Under the pieces are notes generated by a model. That model was not told where the DNA came from, did not search any database, and worked only from the letters and a program-made list of their open reading frames with translations. A stretch of 64,000 bases of DNA from Spirochaetia bacterium (GTDB taxonomy: Bacteria; Spirochaetota; Spirochaetia; SZUA-6; Bin103): contig CBDATQ010000001.1 of the NCBI GenBank assembly GCA_965199955.1, positions 768,001-832,000 on the forward strand. Direction: 5' to 3'. This document shows, piece after piece, positions 1 through 10,055 of the stretch; within the stretch, counting starts at the first letter, position 1, and every line of letters begins with the position of its first letter. The translations under genes were made by a program, and so were the position numbers.

Positions 1-2136
1 GAGATCTCGCCCGCGGGTCCGATCGAGGCCGGCTCCACCGACACGTGGCGGATTACCTACCACGTGGGCGAGCGCGGCATCGACGACGGCGGCTCGATCA
101 AGTTCGCCTGGCGGGACACCAGCGACTGGGGGACGCCGCAGTTCGCGGAGCCGGGCGCCGCCGACTTCGCCAGCGTAGCGACCACCGGTGCCGCCGCGCT
201 GCGCGCGGCCTACGAGCGGCAGCGCTACATCAGGCCATGGCGCCGCTGCGTCACGGTGGACGTGTTCGACGGCTGGCTGCGCCAGGGCGACACGGTCACT
301 CTGACGCTGGGCGACAGCTCCGGCGGGAGCCCGGGAAGCCGAGCGCAGACCTTCATCAACGACACGTTCGAGTTCCGAGTGGCTGTCGACTGGGCGGGCG
401 CCTGGCAGTACACCGTGGTGGCGTCTCCGGTGGTCCAGGTGACGGGCGGCCGCCCGCACCGCCTGGTAGCGGTCGGTCCCTCCGTCATCGCGCCGGGCTC
501 GCCCGGCTGGCTCGGGGTGAGGGTGGAGGATCGCTGGGGCAACGTGTGCCGCGACTTCGCCGGCGGCATCGAGTTGGACGCGGACGGACTGAGCGGCCTT
601 CCCGAGCGGTATACGTTCCAGCCCGGCGACGGCGGCGCGCACCGCTTCCAGGACGTGCGCGCCGCGGCACCGGGCGTCCATCGCGTGACCGTACGCGCCG
701 AAGGTCTGGCGGCGGCTACCGCCAACCCGCTGGTCTGCCGAGCCTCGCAGGGCGGTCCTCAGCCCTGGTGGGGCGACCTCCACGGCCAGAGCAACGAGAC
801 GGTCGGCACCGGCCCGGTCTCCGCCCACTTCACCTACGCCCGCGACGTCGCCTTCGCGGACTTCGCCGGCCATCAGGGCAACGACCTGCAGATCACCGAC
901 GCGATCTGGACCGAGATCAAGCGGCAGGCGAACGGCCATGACGCTCCGGGCCGCTACGTCGCGTTCGTGGGCTGGGAGTGGTCAGGCACCACGGCGTCCG
1001 GTGGCGACCGCAATGTCTACTACGCGCAGGCCGACGGCCCGTTGCATCGCTCGAGCCGGGTCCTGGTGGACGCCCCGCCACAGGCCGGCGGCGCCGATGC
1101 CGACGCCCCGCACGTGCGCGACCTGTATGCGGCGCTGCGCGGCCACGCGGCCGGACCGCTGATCATCCCGCACATGGGCGGCCGCCGCGCCGACCTCCGC
1201 TTTCACGATCCCGAGCTGGAGCCGGTCATCGAGGTGCTGTCCGAGTGGGGGGAGTTCGAGTGGTTTCTGCGGGAGGCGCTGGGGCGCGGGCATCAGGTCG
1301 GATTCGTCTGCGGCTCGGATGACCACAAGGGACGCCCCGGCACTGCCAACCCGGGGCGCAGCACGTTCGGCGTCAACGGCGGGCTGGCATGCGTATTCGC
1401 GGACGATCTGAGCCGCGAGGGCATCCTCTCCGCGCTGCGCGCGCGCCGCTGCTACGGCACCTCAGGAGCGCGTATCCAGGTCGAGGCGAGCGCGGACGGC
1501 CATCCGGTCGGCGCCGCGTTCGACGCCGCCACGGCACCCTGCATCAGCGTCAGCGTGGCCGGAACGGCGCCCGTGGAGCGCATCGACTGCTTCCGCGGGA
1601 CGGAGCTGATCGCCACCTTCCCCGAGCGGCTGCCGCGCGCCGCCGACCGCGTGCGGGTGAGCTGGGCCGGCGCCCGCAACCGCGATCGCCAACGCATGCT
1701 GCGCTGGGACGGATCGCTGTCCATCGCCGGCGGCACGTTCGGCGCCGCCGAAGGCTGGGCCTTCGACTCGGCCGCCGAGGGCCTGGAGGAGACGGGCCGC
1801 GACCGCATCACCTGGCGCTCGGTCACCACCGGCGACGCCGACGGCCTGCTCGTCGACGTGGACGGCCCCGAGACGGCGACGCTCAGCTTCCACACCGGCG
1901 TGCTGCAACATCGAGCCAGCCTCGGCGAGGTGCGCCGGCAGCCGGTGACGGTGCCCGGCCCCGGCATCGACACCCGCCTGGTGATGGAGATGGCGCCGAC
2001 CGGCAGCGGCTTGGAAATCGCCACGACCTTCCTCGACAGCGCCGCACCGCCGGGCCGCCATGCCTACTGGCTGCGCATCACCCAGATCGACGGCGCCAAG
2101 GCTTGGCTGAGCCCCTGGTACGTGACCATCGAGTAA
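1..2136 (+). CDS. DUF3604 / PHP-like metallohydrolase, 5'-truncated by the window
   Basis: Frame is open from base 1 (EISPAGPIEAG...). Motifs WWGDLHGQS, GWEWSG, IIPHMGG and GSDDHKGRPG; C-terminal YWLRITQ..AWLSP. Confidence 0.75.
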   Translation, partial: EISPAGPIEAGSTDTWRITYHVGERGIDDGGSIKFAWRDTSDWGTPQFAEPGAADFASVATTGAAALRAAYERQRYIRPWRRCVTVDVFDGWLRQGDTVTLTLGDSSGGSPGSRAQTFINDTFEFRVAVDWAGAWQYTVVASPVVQVTGGRPHRLVAVGPSVIAPGSPGWLGVRVEDRWGNVCRDFAGGIELDADGLSGLPERYTFQPGDGGAHRFQDVRAAAPGVHRVTVRAEGLAAATANPLVCRASQGGPQPWWGDLHGQSNETVGTGPVSAHFTYARDVAFADFAGHQGNDLQITDAIWTEIKRQANGHDAPGRYVAFVGWEWSGTTASGGDRNVYYAQADGPLHRSSRVLVDAPPQAGGADADAPHVRDLYAALRGHAAGPLIIPHMGGRRADLRFHDPELEPVIEVLSEWGEFEWFLREALGRGHQVGFVCGSDDHKGRPGTANPGRSTFGVNGGLACVFADDLSREGILSALRARRCYGTSGARIQVEASADGHPVGAAFDAATAPCISVSVAGTAPVERIDCFRGTELIATFPERLPRAADRVRVSWAGARNRDRQRMLRWDGSLSIAGGTFGAAEGWAFDSAAEGLEETGRDRITWRSVTTGDADGLLVDVDGPETATLSFHTGVLQHRASLGEVRRQPVTVPGPGIDTRLVMEMAPTGSGLEIATTFLDSAAPPGRHAYWLRITQIDGAKAWLSPWYVTIE

Positions 2137-2217
2137 GGAGTGACACGCGGGGACGGCGAATCAGCAGAAATGCGCGGCCACTCCGATGAATTATGCTAAA
2201 AATAAGCGGATCTGCCG

Positions 2218-2245
2218 TTGATTTCAAGGATAGGCCGGATATGCT
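2218..2245 (+). promoter_or_regulatory. Putative sigma70 promoter of the AAA ATPase gene
   Basis: TTGATT-16 nt-TATGCT, about 10 nt before GTG 2255, in an AT-richer patch. Confidence 0.35.
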
Positions 2246-2254
2246 CTGGGCGCC

Positions 2255-2997
2255 GTGTACTCTCGCGAACGTTGGCCGTCAGGAAGCTCGCCAAGCGAAA
2301 GTCGCTGTTTCTGTTCGGTCCTCGCAGCACCGGCAAGACGACGTTGCTCCGCCAGCAGTTCGGCTCGGGCGCGATCGTCAACCTTCTGTGCAGTAGCGTC
2401 TACCTGCCGCTGGCCGAGAATCCCTCTCGATTGCGCGAGATCGTCGCGGAGGGCGGGGTCGACGTCTCGGCCGAGCCTCCGGTCGTCGTCATCGACGAGA
2501 TTCAGAAGCTGCCGCCGCTCCTCGACGAGGTGCACGACCTGATCGAGACGGAGCGGATTCACTTCGTCCTCTCGGGCTCCAGCGGCCGCAAGTTCACGCG
2601 GGTGCGGGGTGAATCTCCTGGGCGGCCGCGCATGGCAGGCGAATCTGTTTCCGCTGACGAGCACGGAGGTGCCGGAGTTCGACCTGGGGCGGTACCTCCT
2701 GCACGGCGGGCTGCCGCAGGTCTATGACGCCGAGTACCCGGAGGAGGAGCTCGACGCATACGTGAACACGTACCTCGCCGAAGAGATCCGGGGCGAGGCG
2801 CTGGTCCAGAACTTCACGCACTGCGCGCGCTTCCTGAACGTCGCGGCTGCTTGCAACGGCCAGCAGCTCAACTTCGCGAACGTGTCGCGCGACTCTTGGG
2901 TGCCCGTCACGTCGGTGCGCTCCTACTTCGACATCCTCAAGGACACGTTCATCGGGTTCCTGCTGCAGCCTTGGCGACCGCCAAGTTCTACTTCTTC
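2255..2997 (+). pseudogene. AAA_14/DUF4143 ATP-binding protein, frameshifted and truncated by IS66
   Basis: Walker A GPRSTGKT, Walker B VVIDEIQK, SGSS..NLLGGRA and HGGLP are split over several frames. The AKFYFF motif stops exactly at the IS66 left end. Confidence 0.85.
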
Positions 2998-3071
2998 GTA
3001 AGCGTCCGCTGAACCCCACCTTACGACGGCTGAAATAGCGGGTGATCGTCCCTGTCAGGAGGGACGATGAG

Positions 3072-3386
3072 GTGAACGAGAGACACGGGCGCGAGTATTG
3101 GAGCCAGCAGGTTGCCGAGTGGCGGAGCAGCGGCCTGTCGAGCAAGGCGTACAGCGAGCGGCATGGCCTGCCGTATTCGTCGCTGTGCCGGTGGGCGGGC
3201 AAGTCGAGGCAGTCCTCGGGGCCGGAGAGTCAGCGGCTGGTCGAACTGGGGCAGCGCGGCGGCGGTGCCGAGCCGGGCGCGACGATCGAGCTGGTGGTCG
3301 GCCAGCGGTACGTGCTGAGGCTGAGGCCGTCGGTGCGGGCTACCGATCTGCGCGAAGTACTGGAGGCGCTGGAGGGCGAGCGGTGA
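3072..3386 (+). CDS. tnpA: IS66 accessory protein TnpA (HTH)
   Basis: WSQQVAEWRSSGLSSKAYSERHGL..SL.RW pattern; GTGA overlap with tnpB. Confidence 0.75.
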   Translation: MNERHGREYWSQQVAEWRSSGLSSKAYSERHGLPYSSLCRWAGKSRQSSGPESQRLVELGQRGGGAEPGATIELVVGQRYVLRLRPSVRATDLREVLEALEGER

Positions 3387-3733
3387 TCCGGGTGGAGCTG
3401 GGCGCGGCGCGGATCTTCGTACGGCCTGGGGCGACCGATATGCGCACGCAGGTCAACGGGCTGGTAGTGCTGGTGCAGGAGCAGATGCAGCTCAGTCCGT
3501 TCGAGACGGCGCTGTTCGTGTTCTGCAACGCGCGGCGGCGCGTGCTGAAAGCGGTGTACTGGGATCGGACGGGATTCTGTCTGTGGATGAAGGGGCGATT
3601 TCCGTGGCCGCCAACGGCGACCGAGGCGCGCCGAGAGATCGGCATCGAGGAGCTTCGGATGCTGCTGATCGGATCGATTTCTAGCATACCCACGAGGAGC
3701 TCCGGTACCGGGAAATCGCCTGAGGTGGGTTGA
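3383..3733 (+). CDS. tnpB: IS66 accessory protein TnpB (small deletions, probably defective)
   Basis: TDMR...GL, LFVFCN.RR..LK.VYWD.TGFCLW.K and GRFPWP motifs. Confidence 0.8.
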   Translation: MIRVELGAARIFVRPGATDMRTQVNGLVVLVQEQMQLSPFETALFVFCNARRRVLKAVYWDRTGFCLWMKGRFPWPPTATEARREIGIEELRMLLIGSISSIPTRSSGTGKSPEVG

Positions 3734-3799
3734 AATGTCAGCGTACTTCGTGCTAAGGCATCTATCACTGCGAAGGCTCCGGCGACGAAGAGCATCCGG

Positions 3800-4446
3800 C
3801 GGTGCGGATCCCGAAGGGGCTGGCCTCGGAGGGATTGCTGGCGTTTATCGCCACGGCGAAGTTCTGCGACGCGCTGCCTCTGTACCGGCAGGAGCGGCAG
3901 TTCGCGCGCCTCGGCGTCGAGCTGTCGCGGCGCACGATGTCGGACTGGTGATCGCTGCCGCCACAGCCTGCCAGGCGCTGATGTACGACGGCTACGCGCG
4001 CCCGTGTGCGCAGCCCGGCATCGTGCACGTGGGCTGTTGGGCGCACGTGCGGCGAGCGTTCAAAGAGGCCGCCGACGCGCTGGGCAAGGTATCGAGCCGG
4101 GCCGCAGCGGCGCTGCATGCGCTGGGGTTCATCGCCAAGCTGTAGCGCGCCGAGTCGGAACTGTCGAAGTACCGCGATAAGGACCCTGAGCGGTTCGTGG
4201 CCGCGCGGCGCGCACAGGTGCAACCGGCCGTTCGTGGTGGGCCGCAAGAACTGGCTGTTTTCCGGCAGCCCGCGCGGAGCCGAGGCGAGCGCGATCCTGT
4301 ACAGCCTGATCGAGACCGCCAAGGCCAACCGGCGCGAGCCGTACTGGTATCTGCGCGAGCTGTTCGAAAGGCTGCCGCACGCGCGCACCCGCGTCGACTA
4401 CCTCTCGCTCCTGCCGACTGCGCGTCCACCGCCGCCGGCTTCATAG
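3800..4446 (+). pseudogene. tnpC: IS66 DDE transposase TnpC fragments
   Basis: KFCDALPLYRQ, GCWAHVRRAF and GRKNWLFSGS..GA...AILYSLIETAKAN lie in different frames, with stops and large deletions. Confidence 0.85.
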
Positions 4447-4471
4447 AGGCTGGTTTCGCCGGTCGCTTCCG

Positions 4472-5010
4472 CTTGTTCCTGTCCGGTAATCGCCGGTTTG
4501 AGAGAGGGAGCCAGCGGGGATCGCCTGTAGGGGGCTTGCCGGGCAGTGGAGATCGTGAATGGGACCACCATCGAGGTCGGTTTTCGCGCGGTTGAGAAGG
4601 CTGTTTCGAGATCTGTGGACGCTTTCCTTGATTGTACCGATACGTAAGACACGCCTTTTCGGTAAAACGGCGCCCAAGATAATTGTCAGATGAGAACCGA
4701 GACGCCGGCGGCTCGTCAGGATCTCGGCAAGCGCGCCAGCCGTATCAGGTTGTGCGCGAAACACCGCCGCGTGCACGTACGCCTGAAAATGGTCCCAGCC
4801 ACGCCAGTTGCAGCGGTTCAGCCCAAAACGCCGCTTCAGGTATGAAATGCCCGCTTCCACACCAGCGCGAAAGCGCTTGAGTTGACCGTAGATCCACGAC
4901 GACGGCGTCATGTCGGCCGGCTCCAGACCACTCTTCTTGTGGATCACCACGTGCTCCACCCCCAACTCCTTGGCGTCGCTCAGATTCTGCTTCGAGGCAT
5001 AGCCTCCAGC
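4472..5010 (-). mobile_element. ISNCY/IS5-like element remnant (transposase C-terminus plus one end)
   Basis: GGYASKQNL...FRAGVEAGISYLKRRFGL.RC.WRG..HF.AYV fragment; likely terminus ...CCGGACAGGAACAAG abuts the IS66 right end. Confidence 0.7.
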
Positions 5011-5350
5011 GGATGGCGTGGAGGGCGGCGGTGTCCCGTTCGGCATCCAGGGGGTGAAGCTCCAGTCGAGGGTCGTCAGATTCGTAGCGCTCATCCGGGT
5101 CTCTTCACGAGGTGCCGTCGTCCCGGGGGTGCGTGACGGGCAGCTCGACCGGATCGCTCCAGATCCGGCCGTTGTCGCCGCTCCAGCGCTGGAAGCGCGC
5201 GTCGTCGATGTCGCTGATGACCTCGTACCGGTACTCGCAGAGCATCTCGGCTCCGCTCGGGCCGCAGTAGTCGGCGCTTCCGAACACGGAGGTGCCGCGG
5301 TCGGGGGTCTCGATGAACAGCTCCGGCTCGCCGATGGCGGTCTCGTTCCG
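5010..5350 (-). pseudogene. Sialidase/BNR-repeat protein N-terminal remnant
   Basis: Asp-box-like SGDNGRIWS, an internal stop, and interruption by the ISNCY remnant. Confidence 0.35.
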
Positions 5351-5447
5351 AGCCTATGGGACTTCTCGGGGACTCAGCAAGTTTCGGTCGCCTTCAAGTC
5401 GCGCACACACGCCGGTCTCACTCTTGGGGCTTGGGCTCGACAGAGTG

Positions 5448-5477
5448 TTGACACAAAACCACGGCCCTGGCTACTGT
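5448..5477 (+). promoter_or_regulatory. Putative sigma70 promoter of the HicAB-like pair
   Basis: Perfect TTGACA, 18 nt spacer, then TACTGT. Confidence 0.5.
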
Positions 5478-5523
5478 CCATTCATAGTGCGCTGGCGCCA
5501 GCACTTGGCACGCGCAGACCGGT

Positions 5524-5757
5524 ATGGCAAGGGCGCGGCATCCAAAGAAGGAGGTTGAGGAGGCACTTGCCGATGCAGAAGCCGCTGGATGGACGGTGAC
5601 GACCGCATCTGGGCACCGTTGGGGTTACATGCGTTGTTGCGAGGCCAGTAGATCGGGATGCCAAGCTTCAATCTGGTCGACTCCACGTAATCCCGGAAAC
5701 CACGCGAAGCAGATTCGTCGTGCGATAGAACGATGTCTGCATCATTTATATCAATGA
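5524..5757 (+). CDS. Small basic HicA-like putative toxin
   Basis: 77 aa; helix-GW-strand-GH-strand layout (AEAAGWTVTTASGHRWG) plus WSTPRNPGNH; sits upstream of an HTH protein. Confidence 0.55.
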   Translation: MARARHPKKEVEEALADAEAAGWTVTTASGHRWGYMRCCEASRSGCQASIWSTPRNPGNHAKQIRRAIERCLHHLYQ

Positions 5758-5771
5758 GTAACGGGGTTAAC

Positions 5772-6323
5772 ATGTCTTTATTTCAGTTTACTTTGATTGT
5801 CGATGGTCCCGATCTACAGAGTGATACGGCTGTCGATGCCCTTTTCGATGCGGGCTGCGATGATGCGCTGGTCGGTCGTAACGACGGGATACAGTACCTC
5901 GATTTCGACCGGAGTGGGCCGAATCCGGAGACCGCTATCCTGTCGGCGATCGCGGATGTCGAACGCCTCCCGGGTGTCGAAGTGATTCGAATCGCTGGCG
6001 GCGATCTTGTCTCCATGGCCGACATCGCGGTGCACACGGGGCGCAGCCGGGAGAGCATACGCCTGCTTGTTACGAACGAACGCGGCCCGGGAGGGTTTCC
6101 CGCTCCCGTCACCGACCCACGTACCCGCTACCGACTATGGCGCTGGTCGGAAGTCCGCCGCTGGTTCGCGACCCACTACCCCACCAGCCCTTTGCAGACG
6201 GAAGATCAAGAATACGAGCAGGTTGCCGCAGCGATCAACGCGAGCCTGGAGGTGCGTCACTATTGCCGCGATGTACGGCCCGAACAGCGGGCGCGACTCC
6301 ATCAGCTCATCGGGATCGGCTGA
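5772..6323 (+). CDS. HicB-like/AlpA-HTH DNA-binding protein (putative antitoxin)
   Basis: N-terminal F.FTL..AGCDDALVG domain; LVSMADIA..TGRSRESIR HTH; FPAPV...WRWSEV. Confidence 0.6.
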   Translation: MSLFQFTLIVDGPDLQSDTAVDALFDAGCDDALVGRNDGIQYLDFDRSGPNPETAILSAIADVERLPGVEVIRIAGGDLVSMADIAVHTGRSRESIRLLVTNERGPGGFPAPVTDPRTRYRLWRWSEVRRWFATHYPTSPLQTEDQEYEQVAAAINASLEVRHYCRDVRPEQRARLHQLIGIG

Positions 6324-6340
6324 CTGCGCGTCGTGACCCT

Positions 6341-7311
6341 TCAGCGAGCCGAGGAGACGAAGTCCCGCTCAAGCACGCTCACCGCCAGGGGAGTTCCCGG
6401 TGGCCTGGGCCGGTTGTGGGTCGTGACGATCCAGATCTCGCCGGGACGTCGCTCGACCATGTAGGGGCAGAGCCGTCCGTACGGATAGGTGATCCGGTCC
6501 GCGCGCATGCGGCCGATGACCACCGGCTCCGACCACGAACGGCGTCGTCCGAGAAGGCCAGGGAGAGCTCCTCGCGGTGCACGCTCATCGGGCGCTCGGC
6601 CCAGGGGAGCGCCACGCGGATGTAGCTGTCCTCTCCCTGCGGGTAGAGCCGATTCCAGACCGGCGCCAGGCGCCCGCTCTGCAGGCCCAGCAGGTAGCCG
6701 GGCGCGCTGCTGGCGTCGATCGGGCTGGGCCTGATCTCCCGCCACAGGCCGCCGTCGTCGGAGTACGCCTCCCAGAAGCGGTCCAGGCCGGTGCGCAGCA
6801 GCATCAGCAGCCGTCCGTCGGAGAGCTCGGCGACGGTGCCCTCGCAGACGCCGTCGTGGTGGGCCGTGGCCGCCCAGGTCGATGATGCTGCTCTGCCGCC
6901 AGAGGTGCTGCACGGGGGTGACCAGGTTGCCGGCGCGCGTCTCGATGATGTCGGTCACCGCGCCGCAGAAGCCCAGGAAGATGGGCTGGCGGTCGGTCCA
7001 GGTCCTGCCCTCGTCCGCGCGGCGGATCGACCACACGTCGGGATCGGGCTCGTTGGTGGTCTCGTCCCACCCCACCGGTAGGTGGTGGAGTCGCCGTAGG
7101 TCAGGACGATGTCGCCGTTCCTGGTCCGCACCATGGCCCCTTGTTGCGGCACGCCGGGCTCGGAACCGTCGGTCATGGGCACCGGCGCCGACCAAGTGAC
7201 CCCGTCGTCGGCGCTGGTGCGGCAGGCGTTGCCGGTCACCACCATCGGCTCGGGGAAGTCCTGCTCCCGTAGTCCGTGATCGGCAGCGGTCGGCAGCGCG
7301 GCTCGATCCAC
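6341..7311 (-). pseudogene. Exo-alpha-sialidase (BNR/Asp-box) family, multiply frameshifted
   Basis: Asp-boxes SADDGVTWS, ADEGRTWT, YSDDGGLW and FSDD fall in different frames. Confidence 0.7.
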
Positions 7312-7354
7312 AACGTGCCGTTCTAGGCGTCACCCATGATCCGCCTCCATGGTG

Positions 7355-8152
7355 TCAGGCTTCCGGCAGCTCGTTGCGGTAGTTGTCTTCCGGTCCGAAC
7401 GCCTCCCACGGCGAGTTGAAGAAGGCGCGCTGCGCGTCGTTCAGCCGCGCCATGGTGTCGGCGCCGGGGATGCGGCCGCCGGTGTGCTGGTAGTGGTAGC
7501 TGGCAGCGCGGTCGTTGTACTTGTAGAACAGGCCGTAGCGCGGCTCTTCGCCCTGCCAGCGGTTGGCGCCGTGCGCCAGCGTTTCGGTGAAGATGATCGC
7601 CGACCCCTTGGGCGCGCCGATGTTGCGCACCAGCGGGCCGTCGACCGCGAACAGCCGCTGGTGGTCCTCGGGCAGCGGGAAGTCGCACTTGTGGGAGCCG
7701 GGGATGCAGGCGAAGCCTCCGTCCTCTTCCGCGATGTCCTGCAGCGTGAACGACACCACGGTGAGGCCGGTGAAGATCCGATCGCCCTGCACGTGGTAGC
7801 GGAAGTTGACCCGGCCGCCGCGATGGCCGCCGTGCATCTCGAACTGCGGGCAGCCCTTGGAGCGCACGAAGCTGTAGGTGATCTCCAGGCGCAGCTTGGG
7901 GGCGATGATCTCGGTGAGCACCTCCATCAGCCTGGGGTGGTCGATCAGCGAGATGAACGGCTCACCCGCGTCCAGGAGCCCCCAGGCACCGTGCCAGGTG
8001 CCGTTGGCGTCGTAGCCGTTCGGGGTCTTGTCGAGCGGCTCCATGCGCTCGGCGATCTTGCGCTTGGCGGTCTCGCACTCCTGGTCGGTGAGCACGTCCT
8101 CGACCACCAGGAAGCCCTGCAGGTCGAACAGGTACTTCTGGGTCGCGGTCAT
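7355..8152 (-). CDS. Phytanoyl-CoA dioxygenase (PhyH) family protein
   Basis: FDLQGFLVVEDVL, GGFACIPGSHK and FTETLAHG motifs. Confidence 0.85.
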   Translation of the reverse strand: MTATQKYLFDLQGFLVVEDVLTDQECETAKRKIAERMEPLDKTPNGYDANGTWHGAWGLLDAGEPFISLIDHPRLMEVLTEIIAPKLRLEITYSFVRSKGCPQFEMHGGHRGGRVNFRYHVQGDRIFTGLTVVSFTLQDIAEEDGGFACIPGSHKCDFPLPEDHQRLFAVDGPLVRNIGAPKGSAIIFTETLAHGANRWQGEEPRYGLFYKYNDRAASYHYQHTGGRIPGADTMARLNDAQRAFFNSPWEAFGPEDNYRNELPEA

Positions 8153-8344
8153 CGCCCGAGCCTACGAGCTTGCCGGAGTGCCGACAAGCTCGCGGGCTCG
8201 CGGTTTATTGGCCGGCGGTGACCCGGCCCGGCAGCGACAGGTCGCCGGAGGCGATGTCGTGCACGCCGGTGAAGCACAGCAGCGGGGCCTCGGCCTGCTC
8301 GTTGATCCATTGCAAGACTGGTTTCGAGTCGCGACTATAGGCCG

Positions 8345-8911
8345 ATGACCGGCGGCGGCCCGGAGCACATCGCGGCGCTGATCGAACGCATCGGCCGCCT
8401 GCTGAGCACCGACGCGCACGCCGCGGGGCTGGCGCCGGTGCAGTGGGAGGCGCTGCGCTATGTGGGCCGTGCCAATCGCTTCTCCAGGACGGCGGCGGCG
8501 CTGACCGCCTACCTGGGGCTCACCAAGGGCACGGTGTCACAGACCATCAACGCTTTGGAGTCCAGGGGTCTGGTCGTGAAGCGGGTCGATCCCGGCGACC
8601 GCCGCAGCAGGCTTCTGTCGCTCAGCCCGGCCGGCCGCACGCTGCTGGGGCGTGACCCGCTCGCCCAGACCGTGGACGCGACCCGGAGCCTGTCCGGCCC
8701 GCAGCGAGCAGGGCTGGCGCAGGGTCTCGAATCGATACTCTCCTCCCGCCTCGATGCGCGGCAGCGCAAACCGTTCGGGCAGTGCCGTGACTGCCGTTAC
8801 TTCGCGCTCCGGCACCCCGGCGGCGCGCCCCACTACTGCCGGCTGCTCGACGAACCGCTCGCGGTGGAAGAAAAGGACCTGATCTGCCACGAACAGCAAC
8901 CGGCCGCATGA
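8345..8911 (+). CDS. MarR family regulator with C-terminal Cys/His cluster
   Basis: wHTH (LGLTKGTVSQTINALESRGLV...DRRS); C-terminal CRDC..H..HYC...ICHEQ. Confidence 0.85.
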   Translation: MTGGGPEHIAALIERIGRLLSTDAHAAGLAPVQWEALRYVGRANRFSRTAAALTAYLGLTKGTVSQTINALESRGLVVKRVDPGDRRSRLLSLSPAGRTLLGRDPLAQTVDATRSLSGPQRAGLAQGLESILSSRLDARQRKPFGQCRDCRYFALRHPGGAPHYCRLLDEPLAVEEKDLICHEQQPAA

Positions 8912-9188
8912 AGCCGGCGCGCCGGTCGCATCACGACCCCGGCCAATCGGCACCGGCACCCGGGCCAAGAACGTGCCAGTGCATGTGCGGCGTCACGCCG
9001 GGAGCCGCGGCGTTGGCGCGCACGGAAACCCTCGCCGTCAAGGAGGCCGAAACACTTCTCACTGCGTCGGCTCTGTTGTAATACGGGAGGCTTGTCCGTT
9101 ACCACTCGCCCAAGGGAAGCTGAGGATAAGGTGAATGCTCCGGGGCGACCAAGGGGCAACCCGGACGCATCAGGTCGTGACGTGGGGG

Positions 9189-10055
9189 TTACCCGGTCGG
9201 GCTTCTCAGGATGACGAACGAGGCGTGATTACCCTCATATACACGAGCTGCATTCAGCACGGAGTACTTTGCCCACAGACGCCATATGGCCTGCCACTGG
9301 GGATCCGCGGGGTTGGCCTCTTTGACCGGCAGCCCCAACCCTTTGGCGCTCTGGGAGGAAATGATAGCACGATGGCTCGGCGTCTCGTCGATCAAGGCGG
9401 GTTTGAGCGCCTCTGCCATATCGTCGACTTGTTTCGGTTGACGGCTTGGGGCACAGGCGAGTGCTTCTCGCAACTGGTCGCCAGCGCGCTCCAACGCTTC
9501 GCGTGCCTGCTGCACCTTCAGCGCGGTGAGGTCACTCAGTAGAGACGCGTGCACAGGATAGGTGTTTGGCTTCGCCTCAACTCGCTGTTCGGCATCCTCG
9601 ACCGCGGCAATGATTGTCTTGGCTGCAGCCCATTGGCCGTCGGGGAGCGGAAACTGCGGGTCGACCGGTCCTAAGTCGCTTGTGGGTCCCAAGTAAAGGT
9701 GGTCAGCTCCGACGGCGAACAGAGTGCCGGCACTCTTCGCTTGATCCGGCACGATTACTGTTAGCTCACGGCACCGGCTCTGAGCTTGCCGGACCAGTCG
9801 TAGCGCCGTTTCTCCGTCGCCACCCGGTGTCGCCAGCATCACATGAAGATTATCCTCGGGGGTTGCATCGTACAGTGTTTCTTCAAAAGGGGTTACGCTG
9901 CCTGGATGTATGATGTCGATCAAGACGACGAGGCGACAGCAGTGCTTCCTCTCGTAGTCTCGAATCAGATTCTGCCGTTCGTATCGAGACGCGTTCTGCG
10001 CCTCGAAGAGCGGACTCCGGGTTGGGACTCCGCTATCAGGCTGACCAGAACTCAC
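9189..10055 (-). CDS. SDH-family (SDH_sah) ClpP-fold serine protease
   Basis: LATPGGD, VPDQAKSAGTL, LGPVDPQ and PSH give a Ser-Asp-His order. GTG 10055 overlaps the upstream TGA. Confidence 0.8.
   Translation of the reverse strand: MSSGQPDSGVPTRSPLFEAQNASRYERQNLIRDYERKHCCRLVVLIDIIHPGSVTPFEETLYDATPEDNLHVMLATPGGDGETALRLVRQAQSRCRELTVIVPDQAKSAGTLFAVGADHLYLGPTSDLGPVDPQFPLPDGQWAAAKTIIAAVEDAEQRVEAKPNTYPVHASLLSDLTALKVQQAREALERAGDQLREALACAPSRQPKQVDDMAEALKPALIDETPSHRAIISSQSAKGLGLPVKEANPADPQWQAIWRLWAKYSVLNAARVYEGNHASFVILRSPTG

Larger units (their letters stand above)
2998..4470 (+). mobile_element. Degenerate, internally deleted IS66-family element
   Basis: Starts GTAAGCGTCCG. An imperfect inverted repeat at 4448-4470 matches 16/23 by eye. 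Contains tnpA, tnpB and broken tnpC. Confidence 0.85.

Noticed and set aside
2990..4478. 8-bp IS66 target duplication (ACTTCTTC / GCTTGTTC)
   Set aside because: Only 6/8 match, the right copy overlaps the apparent ISNCY end, and the AAA gene does not resume.
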